A stretch of DNA of 61,388 nucleotides, counting the filler, from Sphacelaria rigidula (taxonomy: Eukaryota): assembly GCA_964200075.2 (NCBI GenBank). It is 4 parts of 4 records of this genome, joined end to end, with 100 filler letters (N's around TTAATTAATTAA, not from the genome) between each part and the next. Parts side by side here need not be neighbours in the genome. Positions count along the whole stretch, not along the records: positions 30,750 to 46,019 come from CAXNAA020001830.1; positions 46,120 to 61,388 come from CAXNAA020001831.1; 2 more parts are not named here. One strand, written 5' to 3'. Position numbers and translations under genes: made by a program. Shown piece after piece: positions 33,415-46,911 of this stretch. A model generated the notes under the pieces. The model made no database searches, had not been told where the DNA came from, and worked only from the letters and a program-made list of their open reading frames with translations. Each line of letters opens with the position of its first letter. Position 1 is the first letter of the stretch.

Positions 33415-35225
33415 TTAACCCTTAGACCGCGAGGTTAGTCTTGCTGGATCATGCATATTGTTGCTCACTTGAAATTGATGCCGATTCAAAAGGAGACTAA
33501 ACTCGCGGTCCAAGGGTTGAACTCGTGTTGTCAACCCTTACACGGCGAGAGTGCGGCATCTGTTAAGGCGGCATCGATTTTACCTGAAGGTATTCATGGT
33601 CCAGATGAACTAACCCCGCGTTTCAGGGTTAACCCTTTGACGGCAAGGATGGGTCGGTCACCCTCTGAATCGGCGTCAATATTCACTCCAAAAAGGTATG
33701 CGATCCAGATGGACTACCCGCACCGCGGTCTAGGGATCAGCCCTTCGACAGGGAGTGTAAAGCCCATCTGGTTCATACATTCCTTGAAGTGAAATTGATG
33801 CCGATTCAACAGATGATCTACTCTCGCTGCCCACGGGGCAACCCTTGGACCGTGAGGGGCGTAGTCCATCTGTATCATGCATACTTTTGAAACGTGAAAT
33901 TGATGCTGATTGAAGAGATGGCCCACCCTTTGGGCTGGCTGATGGGCCAACCCTTGAACGGCGAGAGTAGGTCACCTGTTGCATCGGCATCAGGTGCACT
34001 TGAAAAAATATGCGTATGCGTGATGCAGATGGACTACCCTGTTCGCTGTAGGTCACATGCTGAATTGGCACGAATATTCATCTGAAGAAATTCTGAGTGA
34101 TCCAGATGGTCTACTCACATCGTGGTGTACGAGTCAACCCTTGGATGGCGACGATAGGTCACCTACTGAATCGGCATCTAAAGTATGTGTGATTCGGATG
34201 GACTACCCGCACAACGGCGAGTGTAGGTCATCTGTCGATACGGCATCAAATCCACTTGAGAAAAGTACGTCCATGATCTCGGTAGACTTCCCTAACCGTC
34301 GGAGGGCTGAATTATGCTATACTTCATCCTACCGAATCCCAAAACTTGCCTCATGATGGTCGGCAGATGAAACGTATTTTGCAATTCTCCCGGTGATCGA
34401 GGTGAACATTGTTTTCTGCCGTAATCAGTGTGTACCGTGACATTTGAGGATTCGGGTTCCACTCTCAACTACTGTTCGAATAACAATGTTGCTCCAAAAT
34501 GATCCAACTTCTTACAGCCCTTGAGAGGATCAACCCTTCGATCGCCGGTTTGGGCGATCTGGGTTATGCCTTGAATCAGCGTTGTTTTCACTCGAAGAAC
34601 GTGAGCGCTTCCGACTCATGCCTGGCGGCCAAGGGCTCGAAACTGTTGACCAATCGGGCTCCGCCAGGGTGGGCGATCTGGATCATACGTCCTTTTCTCC
34701 GTCGAAAGTGATGAAATTGAACCGATGCCATGGGGGTGCTGACTGACGCTTCGACCGCCTGGGTGAATCATCTTCTGAAGAGCCATCATTTACCCTTGTT
34801 CTTCCAAGATCAACCACGCATTTTCTCAAGACATGAACCCTCCGACAGCGACAGTCAGCTGGAAATGTCTTGAATCGGTGCCCGCAACACTTGGAAAAGG
34901 GAGAATGATCCAGATCACCTACCCCTGCTGTGTCGGAACGTCAGGGTAGTTCAGGAGTTGGGACGTGCATCGGATGTCCAACCCTGAGAGTCAAGGGACC
35001 GACCCCTTGACCGCGAGTGTAAGCGATCTGTTGAATCCGCACCATTCAACCCTTGGACCGCGGTGCGGGTAGTTCATGTAGATCACGCATACTTTTTTCA
35101 AGTGAGTGTTGATGCAGATTCAGCTATTCAGCTGGTGACCTACCCTCGCGGTCAAAGGGTTGAATCTGAAAAATGAGAGAAACGGTGCCGATTCAACGGA
35201 TGGCCTGTGCTCGTGGTCAAGGCAA
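33415..35225. mobile_element. Cluster of roughly 15 full or partial copies of the ~100-bp piggyBac-like MITE in mixed orientation
   Basis: Repeated aaccctt.gac.gcg...gaatcggcatc...tgatccagatggactac...aagggtt units abutting at ttaa/tcaa/ttga junctions. Confidence 0.75.
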
Positions 35226-37429
35226 TTAGATGTTGCAACATGGTCGAAGAGAGCTCGGGTCCCACTTTCCTCATGGCTGTGAGGTGTGAAATGGTCAACT
35301 TAGCTCACCCTTGCATCACCCACTATGTTATGTACTTGTGTTGTTTGACGGTACAATATACCAGTACTACCCCAGATTACGGTTGAGATGTTGTGGCATC
35401 CAGCGTCACACCCAACCATACCCCCTTCAAAGCGTGTACGGTACTGCTGTCTTCACGACAGCTATTGGAGAATGCTGTCGAATGGAAAGAGAGTTCTGTG
35501 CATTGACGTCCTCACTCTCCGGGCATGATGTGCGTCGAATTCAAATCAAAACTTGAAAACTTTGACCAGTCGGATAAGCATTACTGTTTTGAGATTTTAT
35601 CCGTTCACATCCTCGCTGCGAGATTCCGAAGCAGGGTATTTGAAGGTGTCACGGCCAGCTGAAAAAATACAGAGGGTGGAGAAATTGTGAAAGGTAAACT
35701 ACGCACTGCCAGCTGAAGAAACACAGGATGGAAAAATTGTGAAGAGTAAACTACGATAAGGAGACCTTAGAGAAGGCTTGGGCATGGCTGGCATCGAGTC
35801 CCACCGATGGCGAGGTCGATTATTTGATTCATTTATTTTTCGAAACTTCTTTTGTTGTGGGAGAGGCGCAAAAGACGGCCATTTGTGGTGTGACTGTTCT
35901 TTTTCGGCTGCTCGGCCGCATGGTGCCAAAATCGGCCAGAAGAAAAAACACGTTTTATACTCGGAAACCACCCAAGATTTGAACAAAAGAATCAAACAGA
36001 TGTGACACGGTTGAGGGCCCGCACAAATTTAGGTACCCAAACTTGTCAGACAGAGGAAGTACCTACGTTGTACTATCTTCAATTGAATAACGTATTCAAG
36101 ATTTTGTGCACAAGTTGCACAAGGAGTGAGATGACCGAATCGAATTCGCGGTTATAATAAAGGCCAATTGGAGCCAGAAGTTTGACGAGATTTCAGATGT
36201 CGACTGATGGTAGATGAGGGGGACGGGGGCGGTAGCTTATAGCTTGTAGGTCGCCGCTTGCCGGGCAAGAAGCCAAAGGCTGCGATATTCCGTGTCCAGA
36301 GGCTGCTATGCCCCACTCCTGTAAATGTTTCGATAAAATAGCCTACTAATAAGAGGTGGTTTGGGGTGGCTTTCAAACTCGATGATCGAAGGAAAGTTCC
36401 ATACGTCGGACGAGCACGAGTATGACTCGTTGGGCTGCTCGTATGCCGTGAACATTATTCGGGCGAGTACTCGAGTCAATGCTCCTTGTTGAAAAAATGA
36501 TGTGCCGAGCACTAGAGTCGCCGCTCGTTGTGTGGAAAAAAATAATATGGCTAGTACTCGAGCCATTGCTCGTGGGACAAGTGAATTAGTCGAGCACATG
36601 ACTCATTGCTCGTGGTGAACGACCTAAGTGGAGGAGCCAGCAATCCGACGAGGATGATCTTGAACCCAGAATCTTCAAGTTAATACGCATATCTGCACAT
36701 GTTGACGCGACGCTTCAAGCTCCGAAGCTCGTTTTCATTCTATTTAAGCCCCCCCCCCCTCCCCACACAGGTCAGAGTTCTACTCCAGCGGCGGAGAGTA
36801 TTTCTCGAGTAGTACATCTATAGGGCGAGCACACATGTCATATCCCGTTGTAGAAAAATCCCGAGACTTGAGCACACGAGTCATGCTCGTACGAACATCC
36901 ATGTGTGCACTCGTTTCGATGAGTAATGACTCGCCCGACGTGGGAAGAGTTCCATTCTTCACTGAAACATAAACTTCAAAACTTCGAATACCGAAATCGT
37001 CGTCTTTTCCTCATATTACAAGAACCGCCTCGTGAGGGAATACTGACACACAAACGACATCGAGGACACTAATGAGGCGCATAAAGTACACGTATATTTG
37101 CGCTGATAAAACTTGAACGAGGTTTGAAACATATAAAATGTATCAAAAAAAATCTTACCCCTTAGACAGCGAGATGCCATTTCTTGAAAAGGAATGAAAA
37201 TCACTAGTATGCATAGTGCAGATGGACTACGTCCGCGGTCTAGGGGTTCACCCTTCGACCGCGAGGTTAGATCACCAGCTGAATCGGCATCGAAGTTCAC
37301 TTGGGAAAGTGTGCATGATCCAGACGGACTACTCGCACCACAATCCATTGTTCAATGTGAAACAAAAACGCGCATGCGGAACTGAAGCCTAGTGTTCTTC
37401 CGTAGGAAGTTGTCGTTCCTGCTTATTGG

Positions 37430-37430
37430 T

Positions 37431-37463
<33 letters not shown>
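37430..37463. repeat. (TTGCTG)n microsatellite
   Basis: About 5 units. Confidence 0.9.
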
Positions 37464-38894
37464 CATCGAAACTGTTTCGAATTCCTGTGTACAGTACAGC
37501 GATGGACGCGAGGACGATCAGTTCCGCGGTGACCATGAAGTTCTATGCTGCACCCGGGGGTGCACACAAAATATTTCCGCAATTTTTGGCATACGATTTT
37601 CTGAGTTGGGCTGTGACTCTCGATGATGAAGGGTACTGTACTGTACTACACTGTACTGTATTACATTCGGTACACACAGGAGTAAAGATCTCCCAGTTCT
37701 GGGCAGCCCCGGTGTGCAGATGATTCACCTCGCTGCTGCCATGCCTTTTCGAGACAAAGAAGGAACAAGCATCCAAAAGCAGGATATTTGGATTGATCCC
37801 CGGGGAGGTCTATTGTTTCGGCGACTGTAATAGTCAACGTGTTGCCTTTTGGCGCTTGTTCCTCTTCCCGCTCCTTCCTTCGGTCTCGATGAGACGGCTA
37901 TGTTGACACGCCGTTGCTCGTGTTTTCCCCATTTGAGCTCATGTGTTCGTGTAATTTTTCCACCATGGGAACAGGACGGTACCGCCTGCAGCTTCCCATT
38001 ACAGTCAGAGGGATTCTCCCGCCAGAAAAGGATGCTGTCACGGAATGGTTGTGTTTTCATCACGTGATTATCGGGAAATCTTTCATCTTTCGACAGATGG
38101 TCCGAATATAATGACACACGGTCTGAATGGAAAGGCTGGTACGATGGGAAAAATCACACGGTTTCAATGAGGGCTGATTACTGAACGGCGGCGCCGGTGT
38201 TGGACAAGAACACGTGGACGAGATAAGAACACTTGTGTTCGTCAGCCCCTCTAAAGATTCGAATATCCATGTTCTAACTAGAATCTCAAGTTACAACGGG
38301 TTGTTTGTGATCGTTTGGTAATTTATGGTCAATATTCAATATTCGACTTTTCCGGCCGTTAAAGATCCAATGTCTTTCGCTGCGTGTAGAACGTTACTCA
38401 CGAATTACTCCGTAACCCACGAGCTCGCCCATCGCAATAATAACTTCGACCAGTAACCATCACCCCAGTGCAACCCTACCGCTGTGCGTCGATCGGCTGA
38501 GCAGGTCCTTGGTCTCCCTGGTAAGTATCAACCTCCTAATGGTGACATCCGCGTGTTTCGTACGATCTTCCGACTGACCCCCCCCCCCCCTGACATTTGA
38601 AGTCATGGCATTGATTCAACCTATGCAGTTACTTCTGGGATACCTCAAGATCATTTTGTAAGGGGTATTAGTTTTATCGAAGTTTCATGTCGTGCGGGCT
38701 CAAAGGGTTCCTTCCTGACCTGCGCACTTTGTATAGCAAGTCTTGTTTGGAGAAAGTTTGACACAATCCCCAGTGATGGAGCTTCGTGACTTCTTTCAAA
38801 CTGTCTTTTTCCCCCCGCAATTGTCAGACAACCCAGTAAAGCAGGGTATGTGTTGGTAAAGGCAGGGGTCAGTTGGTTACACGTGCCCCCGCTT

Positions 38895-39250
38895 GATGTT
38901 TGGACAGCCGAGAGTGGATAATCTGTCGAATCGGCACTCCACCTGGAAAAGGTACGAAGGTCTGCATGATCCAGATGGTGTACCCTCGCGGTCCAAGCGA
39001 GGTCATCTTGATACCCCGAGTTGTCAAGTAAAATTGATGCCGATTCGACGGCTGACGTTTGCTAGCGGTCGAAGGATTAATACTTCAACCGCGGTGCGGA
39101 TAGCTCATCTGGATCACGCATCCGTTATTCAAATGAAAATTGATGCCGATTCAGCAGGTGACCTTTCACGGTTGAGGGGTTAATCCCTCTACCGAGCTGG
39201 GAGGGTAGGTCACCTGGGCTATCAATCAATTTTTCAAGTGAAGCTGATGG
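38895..39250. mobile_element. Three to four adjacent copies of the same piggyBac-like MITE
   Basis: gaatcggc/gccgattc cores, tgatccagatg, and gagggttaatccct-like junctions. Confidence 0.65.
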
Positions 39251-39329
39251 ACTCTTCTGGCGGTCATGGGGGTAAAGTGTATACTCGTACCCCTCACCTG
39301 TCGCCCGCCGTTGTGTCCCGTGAAAACAG

Positions 39330-39557
39330 GAAACGATCGAGCGGCTGGGTCAGGGGATCCCGGGCCTCGAGCTGATCACGCTGGTCGGTGGCGTACCCGT
39401 GGCGGAGAACGTCCGATTACTTAAAAAGGGGTGCCACATAGCTGTTGGTACTCCTGGTCGCGTGAGGTACCTGATCGCGAAGGGAGCTTTACCGCTGAGC
39501 ACGGTTCGAACGCTGGTATTGGAATCGGCGGATTTCCTCATGGCTCCCGTGTTTCAG
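39330..39557 (+). CDS. DEAD-like exon with GG doublet, motif Ib (VGTPGRV) and degenerate motif II (LVLESAD)
   Basis: acag|ETIERLGQGIPGLELITLVGG...CHIAVGTPGRVRYLI...VRTLVLESADFLMAPVFQ|gtacgc. Confidence 0.88.
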
Positions 39558-42500
39558 GTACGCCGTCGTCTTGGACTTGCTTTGGGTGCTTTACTGTTGT
39601 GACCAATGTGTACCGTCGATCCCTTGTTGGACGTCTTCCTGGCGTTTCCCTGACGTTAAAACACCCACAGTTGTGCAAAATCATATATCTCAACGTACTG
39701 GAAGGAAAAAAATGCAGGTACAGTCACCTTGCAAGTTCAACGGCGCTTTGTTTTATCGAGTCTAGGAGTGTGTGTGTAGGCATGAGGCATTTGATGAGAA
39801 AAGTACTGAAGATGAAAGTGCTCCCATCCACTGCACTGGCAGTACTGGCTGTCGTTACCGTCTTTCACTGCTGCTTCACGTCAACCCTTTTTCTGCCAGA
39901 GTGGGTCTTTCTTGGTGTTACGTTTTTTTGAGTCAAGAATGAGTGCCGATTCAATTCATGTGACCCACCCAGGCGGGGTATAAGACTTGACTATCAGTGT
40001 CGCGGGATGTGACAACACCTGCGCGTCGAACGCGTCGGGAATGCGGTTCACGCACTCGAGGCTTGGAAAACTTCTCTCGGCGGCTACATGAGGAGGGAGT
40101 TCACGTTCGTGTTGTACGGCACAGCTTCGACTTATCGCCACGATCGACTTTCCCAATTTTTTTCACGAGAGCTGATATCATCACTTCGCAGGTTGAAGAG
40201 CTTTCTCGGAATTTGATGACCGTAAACCTAATCCGACCTCGACCGTAACGAAGGCACTTTGAGAATCCTCGGGCAAGGCGGGTGCAAAGTATACATCATG
40301 AAGAAGTCCGTTGGTTGGCCTCAAATCCGCGCCTGCAGCATGGATATACCTGAACGCGCTTAGTACACCATGGGAGCACTTGAAGCTTTGAGCCGCACGA
40401 AAGATCCGAATTTGGCGTCAACGAGTCTAGGGAGTGCCACCTACTCTCCCCCGCCACGCCCTCCTCATCTCGCTCTCCTTTTGACTTTTCTTTTCACACT
40501 CGCGGTAGTCCCTGATACGTGCAGTGTTTGTGCAATGCAAGAGTATGGTACATTTCTGTAGCACGGGGAGGAATTCCTGTCGGAAAAGCAACATATCAAT
40601 CATGCAAAGCAGCAGGAAGACACGCGTGATGATGATGGTAATCTCCGCCGGCAACTACAACGCGGGCTACGTTTACGATGTGCCACTCCCAACCTACACG
40701 ATCTTCACTTGCCGCGTGCCCCACTCGCGAACGTACGTTTACAGGATGACGTTGGTTGGGTCGCCGGGAAACTTCCGGAGAGCAAGCAAGTGCTCGCGTT
40801 TTCCACGACAGATGCATCCGCGGTCAGACCGGCTCTTTCCGCGCTAGTCGGCGTACCGGAGCTGAAGACGGTCTCCAACCCCAGTTCAAATGCTAGCGTC
40901 GCCGCCGCGGCCGCCGCGGCCGCCATGGCAAGTCTTTCTTCACGGCCCGGCGGCGCGAACGACAAGGACGCTCCCGCCACCGACGGTGATGGCGACGCCG
41001 AGGGCACCGTGGATGCCGCCAGCGGAGCCAGTGAGAATGGAGACTCACCGCGTTCTGAGAAGACAATCGTGAGGAAGCACAGTGGGGCTTCTGCCGACGC
41101 AGTCGCCCGCGCTGCGGATGTGAGCGCTGCCGCCGAGAAGTTTCTGAAGCTGACACGCAAAATCGGGGAAGGGGGGGGAAAAGAGTCCGCGTTGGCGGCG
41201 GCGGCGGCAGCGGCCGAGAGTATCAGCCGTCACAGCGACGAAACCAGGTCAGTATCGTCATCGATGTCGGGTACGTCTTCGTCTTCCAGGCAACGGCCAC
41301 GGTCTTCCATCGCGAAAATGCTGTCGCCCGGTGCGAAGGGGAAGGGAAAGGCGGCTGATACGGGAGGGCCGAAGAAGGGGAAAATCGACGAAGATGAAGG
41401 GGAGGAGGGGAAGAACAGAGAAAAGAAGGATGGCGTTGATCTGACGGTCGCCACGGGGGGCAGCAGCTCAACGTCGGTGACGTCGGCCGCCAGCGAGACG
41501 CCATCTCCCCCGTCGTTACGGTTGCGAGCGCAGAGAGCAGCCCGCGCCGCTCAGGCGGCGCTCGCGAACCAGCTGTCGACACCCCGCGCCCCTCAGGCAG
41601 CACTCGCAAGCCAGCGGTCGACGCCAACTCTGGCGCCTTGTTCCCCAATGCCGGGCGGCGATTCTTCTGGTTTTTCTTCCGACGAAGCGACGACGAACCA
41701 GAACGATTCGCGAACCGAGGACCAATCGGCTGTCTCGAGATCAGAGGAAGCTACTATGGACTCGGATCCGGCAGCGGCGTCAGCTGTGACAGGGAGTGCT
41801 TCTCCTTCGTCTCCCCCGATGTCGGCCGCGGCAGCGGAAATATTGGGTAATTCCGAGGTGCGTGATGCCGCTGAGGATGGCGTTTGGCCTGCTGGTGGCA
41901 GCGGTGGTACCGGCAGCGACGCCGGTAGCTCGGGCAAGAGAGAAGGTTCTGCCGAGCAGGAAGACCGAACGTCCCTCGGACTGCTGTCTCCCGGTGCGGT
42001 CATGAAGGATTCTGCCGACGGACGGGAAGAAGGGGGAGCGAGCGGTGCTACGCTGCGGTCCGTGGCAGTCGTGGAAGCGCCCGCGATAGACCAGACGGAG
42101 GAGGAGGCGGAAACAGAGATGGTGAAAAGACCGATGCCATCCGCGGAGGCTGTTGCCAAGCGGGAGTCCGTTGCGACGTTGTCTATGTCGCCAGTGAAGC
42201 TCTTCGGAGGGGCGGAACAAGTCGTTGTGCGTGAGGAAGACGGTGAGTGTTTTTTCTGTCTCAGCAGCGCGGCATTGGTGGCCGTTGGCTGGTCGATTCG
42301 ACGGCCTCCTGTTTCTCTGAGCTGGATGTCGTGCCTTTCAACTAACCTCGTGGACGGATTCAAATATGTTGTGGTGTACTTTTTCGAAGTTTGGGATATT
42401 TCATGCAAGTTTAATAACGCACTGTTGATCTTCTTGCTCACGCGGGTTGTGCGTTTAATTCACTCTTTTACTCACCCCCCCTTCTTTGCTTTGCAAATTT

Positions 42501-45496
42501 ACGTGTCGACAAGTATGAAGAGGTTCGTGGATGTATTGTAGGTCGATGGCCGCAAAACGTGCCTCGTGGAGGAGAGTTTCGAAGGAAGAAGTGAAGGTAA
42601 AACTTACACCTGTTATGGAAAGGAGAAGGAAAAACGAGTAAGCTGGAAGACATGAGCAAAAGAGAAAAACGGGGCGGGCCAAAGATCAGGACTTCGTCAT
42701 GATATTTCATGTTTCCGGATCAACCCTTTGACTGCCAGGGTAGGGGTATGTGGGATCTTGCCCTTATTTTTCGAGTAGAAAGCATGCTGATTCCACCGAG
42801 GAGTCACCCAGCGGGTCATCATGTTGGGCGGATTGAAAGCACTGTGTCCCCTGCCCCAAATCCTTTCCTTTCGAGCCGCCGCTCTCCGGTGGTCTAATGA
42901 AATAATCAACACAACATACTACGAGAGTAAAAAATGAAAGGATTTGCTTCCTGCCAGACACCCTAGGGTTCTTTCTTGAAAATATATGACCTCCGTCGCG
43001 GAAGGCGTTGTGGGGACCTGAGTGGCGAAATAGTTTGCTCGACTGAGTTTTTCAAAAAGGGATGCGGTGTGGGAGTGCTGATCCGCCCCGCGATATCAAC
43101 ATCTAACCTGTAGAAGAGGGCAGAGATGGGTTGATCCCTCGAGACCGTCCCGAGGAACAGGAACTGCTGAAGGTGTGCCGGGAAAAAGGAAAACACATTC
43201 CTTACCTTCGATCACCCATGTTATCTGTGAGATAACACCCCTCCTCCCCCCCGTTCCCCACTGTACACACTTCCGCGCGCGCGTGCATTTTCCGACGACA
43301 GCCGCGGAGTACTTGGAGGAGCAGCATCAGAAGCAGCTGGATCTAATGGCGGCAACGATGGATCTGTTGGAAGGGTGGAATATCCCGCTCGTGCTGCTCG
43401 CTGCGCTCGAGGCGGATGATTTCCGGGTTCCCACCGCGCTCCAGGCGTCGGTGTGGTCGGCTGGGCGCGGGGAATACAAGGCGGACTTACTCGTGCATGT
43501 ATGTTTTTCGTGTTTTTCATACCGTGTTTCCGTGTTATGTTGCTTTGCTCTCTGTGCGTTGACGCACAAGGCACTTGTGGTGTATCTCCTTTCTCGTCGT
43601 CAGCCAAGGACAGCAGCAGTAGGTGGCAGCGACGCAGCAGGGGCAGTAGAAGCAGAAGCAATACTGTACTGGCTTGTTTTTGCATCGGATATTCGAAACA
43701 CATACCGTAGTACAGGGCAACAGTACAGCTAACACCTGGGGGGTGCCCATGTACGAAGTGCGGACTTGAATACAGGAGACGCTGCTCCTTGCATCAGAGT
43801 ACGTTTTTCTGAAGTACTACTGGACTTCTGTTGAAGAGGATCGAGGGGATGTCTCTGCGAATTGGGAATATATCGTACAGGTACATGAATCGCATCAGAC
43901 GGCAAAACGACCTTGTCACGCGCAACCGAATAAGGGGCTAGTGACCTGTTCATGGAACAACAGAACATGTGATATGGGAGGTACGCGCGGAGGCACCTAG
44001 CTGTGCGCTTTGCTTTCGTGTACTGTTATATGAATATCTACTGGCGTATTCAACATCAACAATTTACTTAAGAGGGAAACCTAAGCATGATGATGAATCC
44101 ATGGTGATGATGGTGAGAGTGGTGTTCTAGTACTCCACGTATTCAAGTTATTTATGCACAACGAGGACGTGAAAACCTGCATCCACGCAGTGATCCTGTA
44201 CGCAGGACACGACTTGTCATGGTGGGTACAATACAGTACAGTACAGAAGCGTCTGCATGCCGGAGATGCTTTGCACGGCACACAGATTTCACGTGTGAAC
44301 TGATTGCTCTGCGTGAACGTTTATGCAGCATCCAACTTACAAGTATCCGAATATTGCAATACAGAACTTAACCGGTGTGAGGTGTGGTTGGAAACACCGT
44401 GCGCCCTGCTGTCCAGCCTGAACTGAGACGTCGTGATTCCCACACAGTGTGCTTGGTGTCAACCCTTGTGGAACCGTGATGAAAAAAATGGGGAGAATAA
44501 TGATTTATGATTCACCCCTTTATGGGCAAGATTTGTTTCTTCCGCAACTGTTGATGCAGCCCACCAAAATGACGCACCACTCTTACTTCCGAGCATACCA
44601 TTTTTGTCTGTGTTTCCCGGTGACGAAAACTCGCATAGAGGAGTTGCGTACTCTTTTCCCGCGAGTTCCAAAAGGGTCAACTAACGCACTGTATGTAGTG
44701 TTGGGGTGACAATGTTCGGTATCTGCTCGCAGAAGGTAAAAACGTTTCTAGTGGTGGACACCTCCGGCAACCAGAAGTTTGTACTTGTTGTGGTGGTTTA
44801 GCTCCGGGGCATTTTGGATTGCACAGCCAAATTATGCAAGAGTATCGGAAAAGCATGCATGCATTCGTATTTCCATCTGTATGCATTACGTACATTCACC
44901 CGCCCGGAAAGGCACGCTCTTCGGCGCACTTCTTGACAGCCTTCCTGCGGTCTTGCTTGATGCTCATTTGCCTCTACCATCCCTGAAGTGAGCGTGTACT
45001 TCCGTCTTGAAAATGAAAAGTTACTGCATGTGTTTCCACGACATTTCTCGACAGAAGAACTCATGCAAAAGAAGAGTCAGTCCATTCTGTATCCATCATG
45101 ACGATCCCGTTTGCAGTATGAAGCACCCCCCCCTTCCCCCCACTGCTTTTGTCTGTGCAGTCGTGTTGAATAGCCTGCAGGCATCCTGTGCCCGAGAAAG
45201 GCTCCGCATTACCTTTCAGTTGATGTCCACGAGTCGTTCTGATCTTTCCCTGCCCTTTTCCTCTCTCATGTACATGACTTTTTTTTTTTCAGGTGCAGGC
45301 GGGAGACGAAACGGCTACAGCGTTCGCGATCCCCATCCTCGAGCGCGTTTGGGAAATGTATCCTCCACCGATGGAACCCCGCCAAAAGCCGGTGTGGGAC
45401 GTGGAGGTACAGGAGGAGCAGGCGGCTAACGCTCCCGTGGTGGAAGTGCAAGCTCTCGTGCTTACTCGTACGAGAGATGTGGCGGCAAGTGTCACG
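39330..45496 (+). CDS. Partial gene: degenerate DEAD-box (DDX20/Gemin3-like) RecA1 modules plus a long low-complexity linker
   Basis: Exons 39330-39557, 40745-42242, 43302-43498 and 45293-45496 join in frame (junction phases 0, 1, 0) with canonical GT-AG sites. Confidence 0.82.
40745..42242 (+). CDS. Exon with motif III variant (QVLAFSTT) followed by ~480 aa of Ala/Ser/Gly/Glu-rich disordered sequence
   Basis: ttacag|DDVGWVAGKLPESKQVLAFSTT...VREED G|gtgagt; 1498 nt. Confidence 0.88.
43302..43498 (+). CDS. Exon with a Q-motif-like segment
   Basis: gacag|..EGWNIPLVLLAALEADDFRVPTALQASVWSAGRGEYKADLLVH|gtatgt; resembles L..L...GF..PT.IQ..AIP.G..G.DLIV. Confidence 0.8.
45293..45496 (+). CDS. Exon with degenerate Walker A (VQAGDETATAF) and motif Ia (ALVLTRTRDVA)
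   Basis: Strong T-tract ttttttcag|GTG CAG...VQALVLTRTRDVAASVT|gtgagg; 204 nt. Confidence 0.82.
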
Positions 45497-46019
45497 GTGA
45501 GGCATCTAAGCATCATTCATGCCTCTGCTGTATAACTGGCTGTTCTTGGGTCGAGTCAGCGTTCATCGCGCTCTTGCCCTTAAGGCGATACCAGAGTGGT
45601 CATTTATATGCCATAATATTTTGGAAGGAAGGAAAAAATATTTGTGGAGGATGGACGTGAGCTTGAATTCGATGTATCAAAATCTGAGGTATGCGAATGG
45701 GGACGAATCCTCTCGAGTCAATCATCGAGATATTATTGTGGTTTGGGTTGTCCTTTACCTTGACTATTGGGCTATTCGGGTAACAGCGCTCAAACTGGAG
45801 GTTCTCCGTATACTTCCCGCAATTTACTGCGGAATACATGTAAACACGGCTCTGTTGTAAGAATTTGCCCCCGTTCGGCTTACAGTGAACTCGTGTTTGG
45901 AATAACTCAATTCGAGTGCCGACACCCTTGTTCCGATGTTTCGTGTGTGTGACGGTCTTGACTGCTCCTAGGGGTTGCCAAACGCACCTGTACTACGAAA
46001 CTCTTCGTAATCCCCCCCC

Positions 46020-46119
46020 NNNNNNNNNNNNNNNNNNNNNNNNNNNNNNNNNNNNNNNNNNNNTTAATTAATTAANNNNNNNNNNNNNNNNNNNNNNNNN
46101 NNNNNNNNNNNNNNNNNNN
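46020..46119. other. Artificial scaffold linker N44-TTAATTAATTAA-N44
   Basis: Same structure as the linker at 15276. Confidence 0.95.
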
Positions 46120-46911
46120 CTCCCTACTGTCTAGTGCATCAAACGATTTCATGCTACATCTCTTCACGTCCCGCATTTCCCCCTCTAGCACGATCTGGGG
46201 GGGGAGGGGGCGTACTCATTTGTTGCTTGCCTTAGTCGTTTGACCACGCATCCCTTTCGAGACGGAGGACGAAGGGGGATGAGGGGGAGTTCCAATGTCA
46301 CCGTACGTGTACGAGAGAAAATCTCGAGACGTGTGCACAGCATACTTCAAAGGAGGCGGGTTCACCCCTAATCAGCAAAAATCAGCGATGGTCGACACAT
46401 ACTTTGTTTCTGTTCAAACCGTAAGGCTAACCCAAATCCAAACCCTCGTCAGTAACCACAGGCCGACCGAGAATCTTCAGGCAAGGGGAGTGCAATGAGT
46501 GTCCCAGACGAGGTGTGCTTTCTATTGGCGCGAGTCGGTGCCTCTTCGAGACAAAACGCGGGCTGCGCACGCTGCGCGCACGCTGGGCGAGTGCTTGGGG
46601 CCGTGAGCTCTATGAAGATCCAAATATGATGGTCTACACTAAACCCAAATATATATTTAATCATTGTTTTTTTTTGTCGCCGGACGGGGATAAGCTCAGC
46701 TGCCTCACAGAGGAGATGAGTACAATACACGTCTGAGCAAAATCGCATCTCGACACTCAAGCCGAAATAATGAGTCCTTCGAAGACAAGAGGTTTCGTGA
46801 TGATGCAAAACAAGATAATATACATAGTAAATCATTGTTCAATATGTTCAGATACATTACACACGCATGTATGTACGGCACCACACGTACAACATACACC
46901 CTCCATCACAC

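Noticed and set aside
33415-35225. Integron attC-like or CRISPR-like array
   Set aside because: The units abut without unique spacers or cassettes and match a dispersed TTAA-flanked MITE.
36370-36960. Region rich in ctcgag/gagcac motifs with weak inverted similarity
   Set aside because: Probably an old transposon, but the termini could not be defined.
37502-38520. Possible first exons of the DEAD-like gene (ATG 37502; donor CTG|GTAAGT at 38520)
   Set aside because: They carry no helicase motifs, and I could not link them in frame with confidence.
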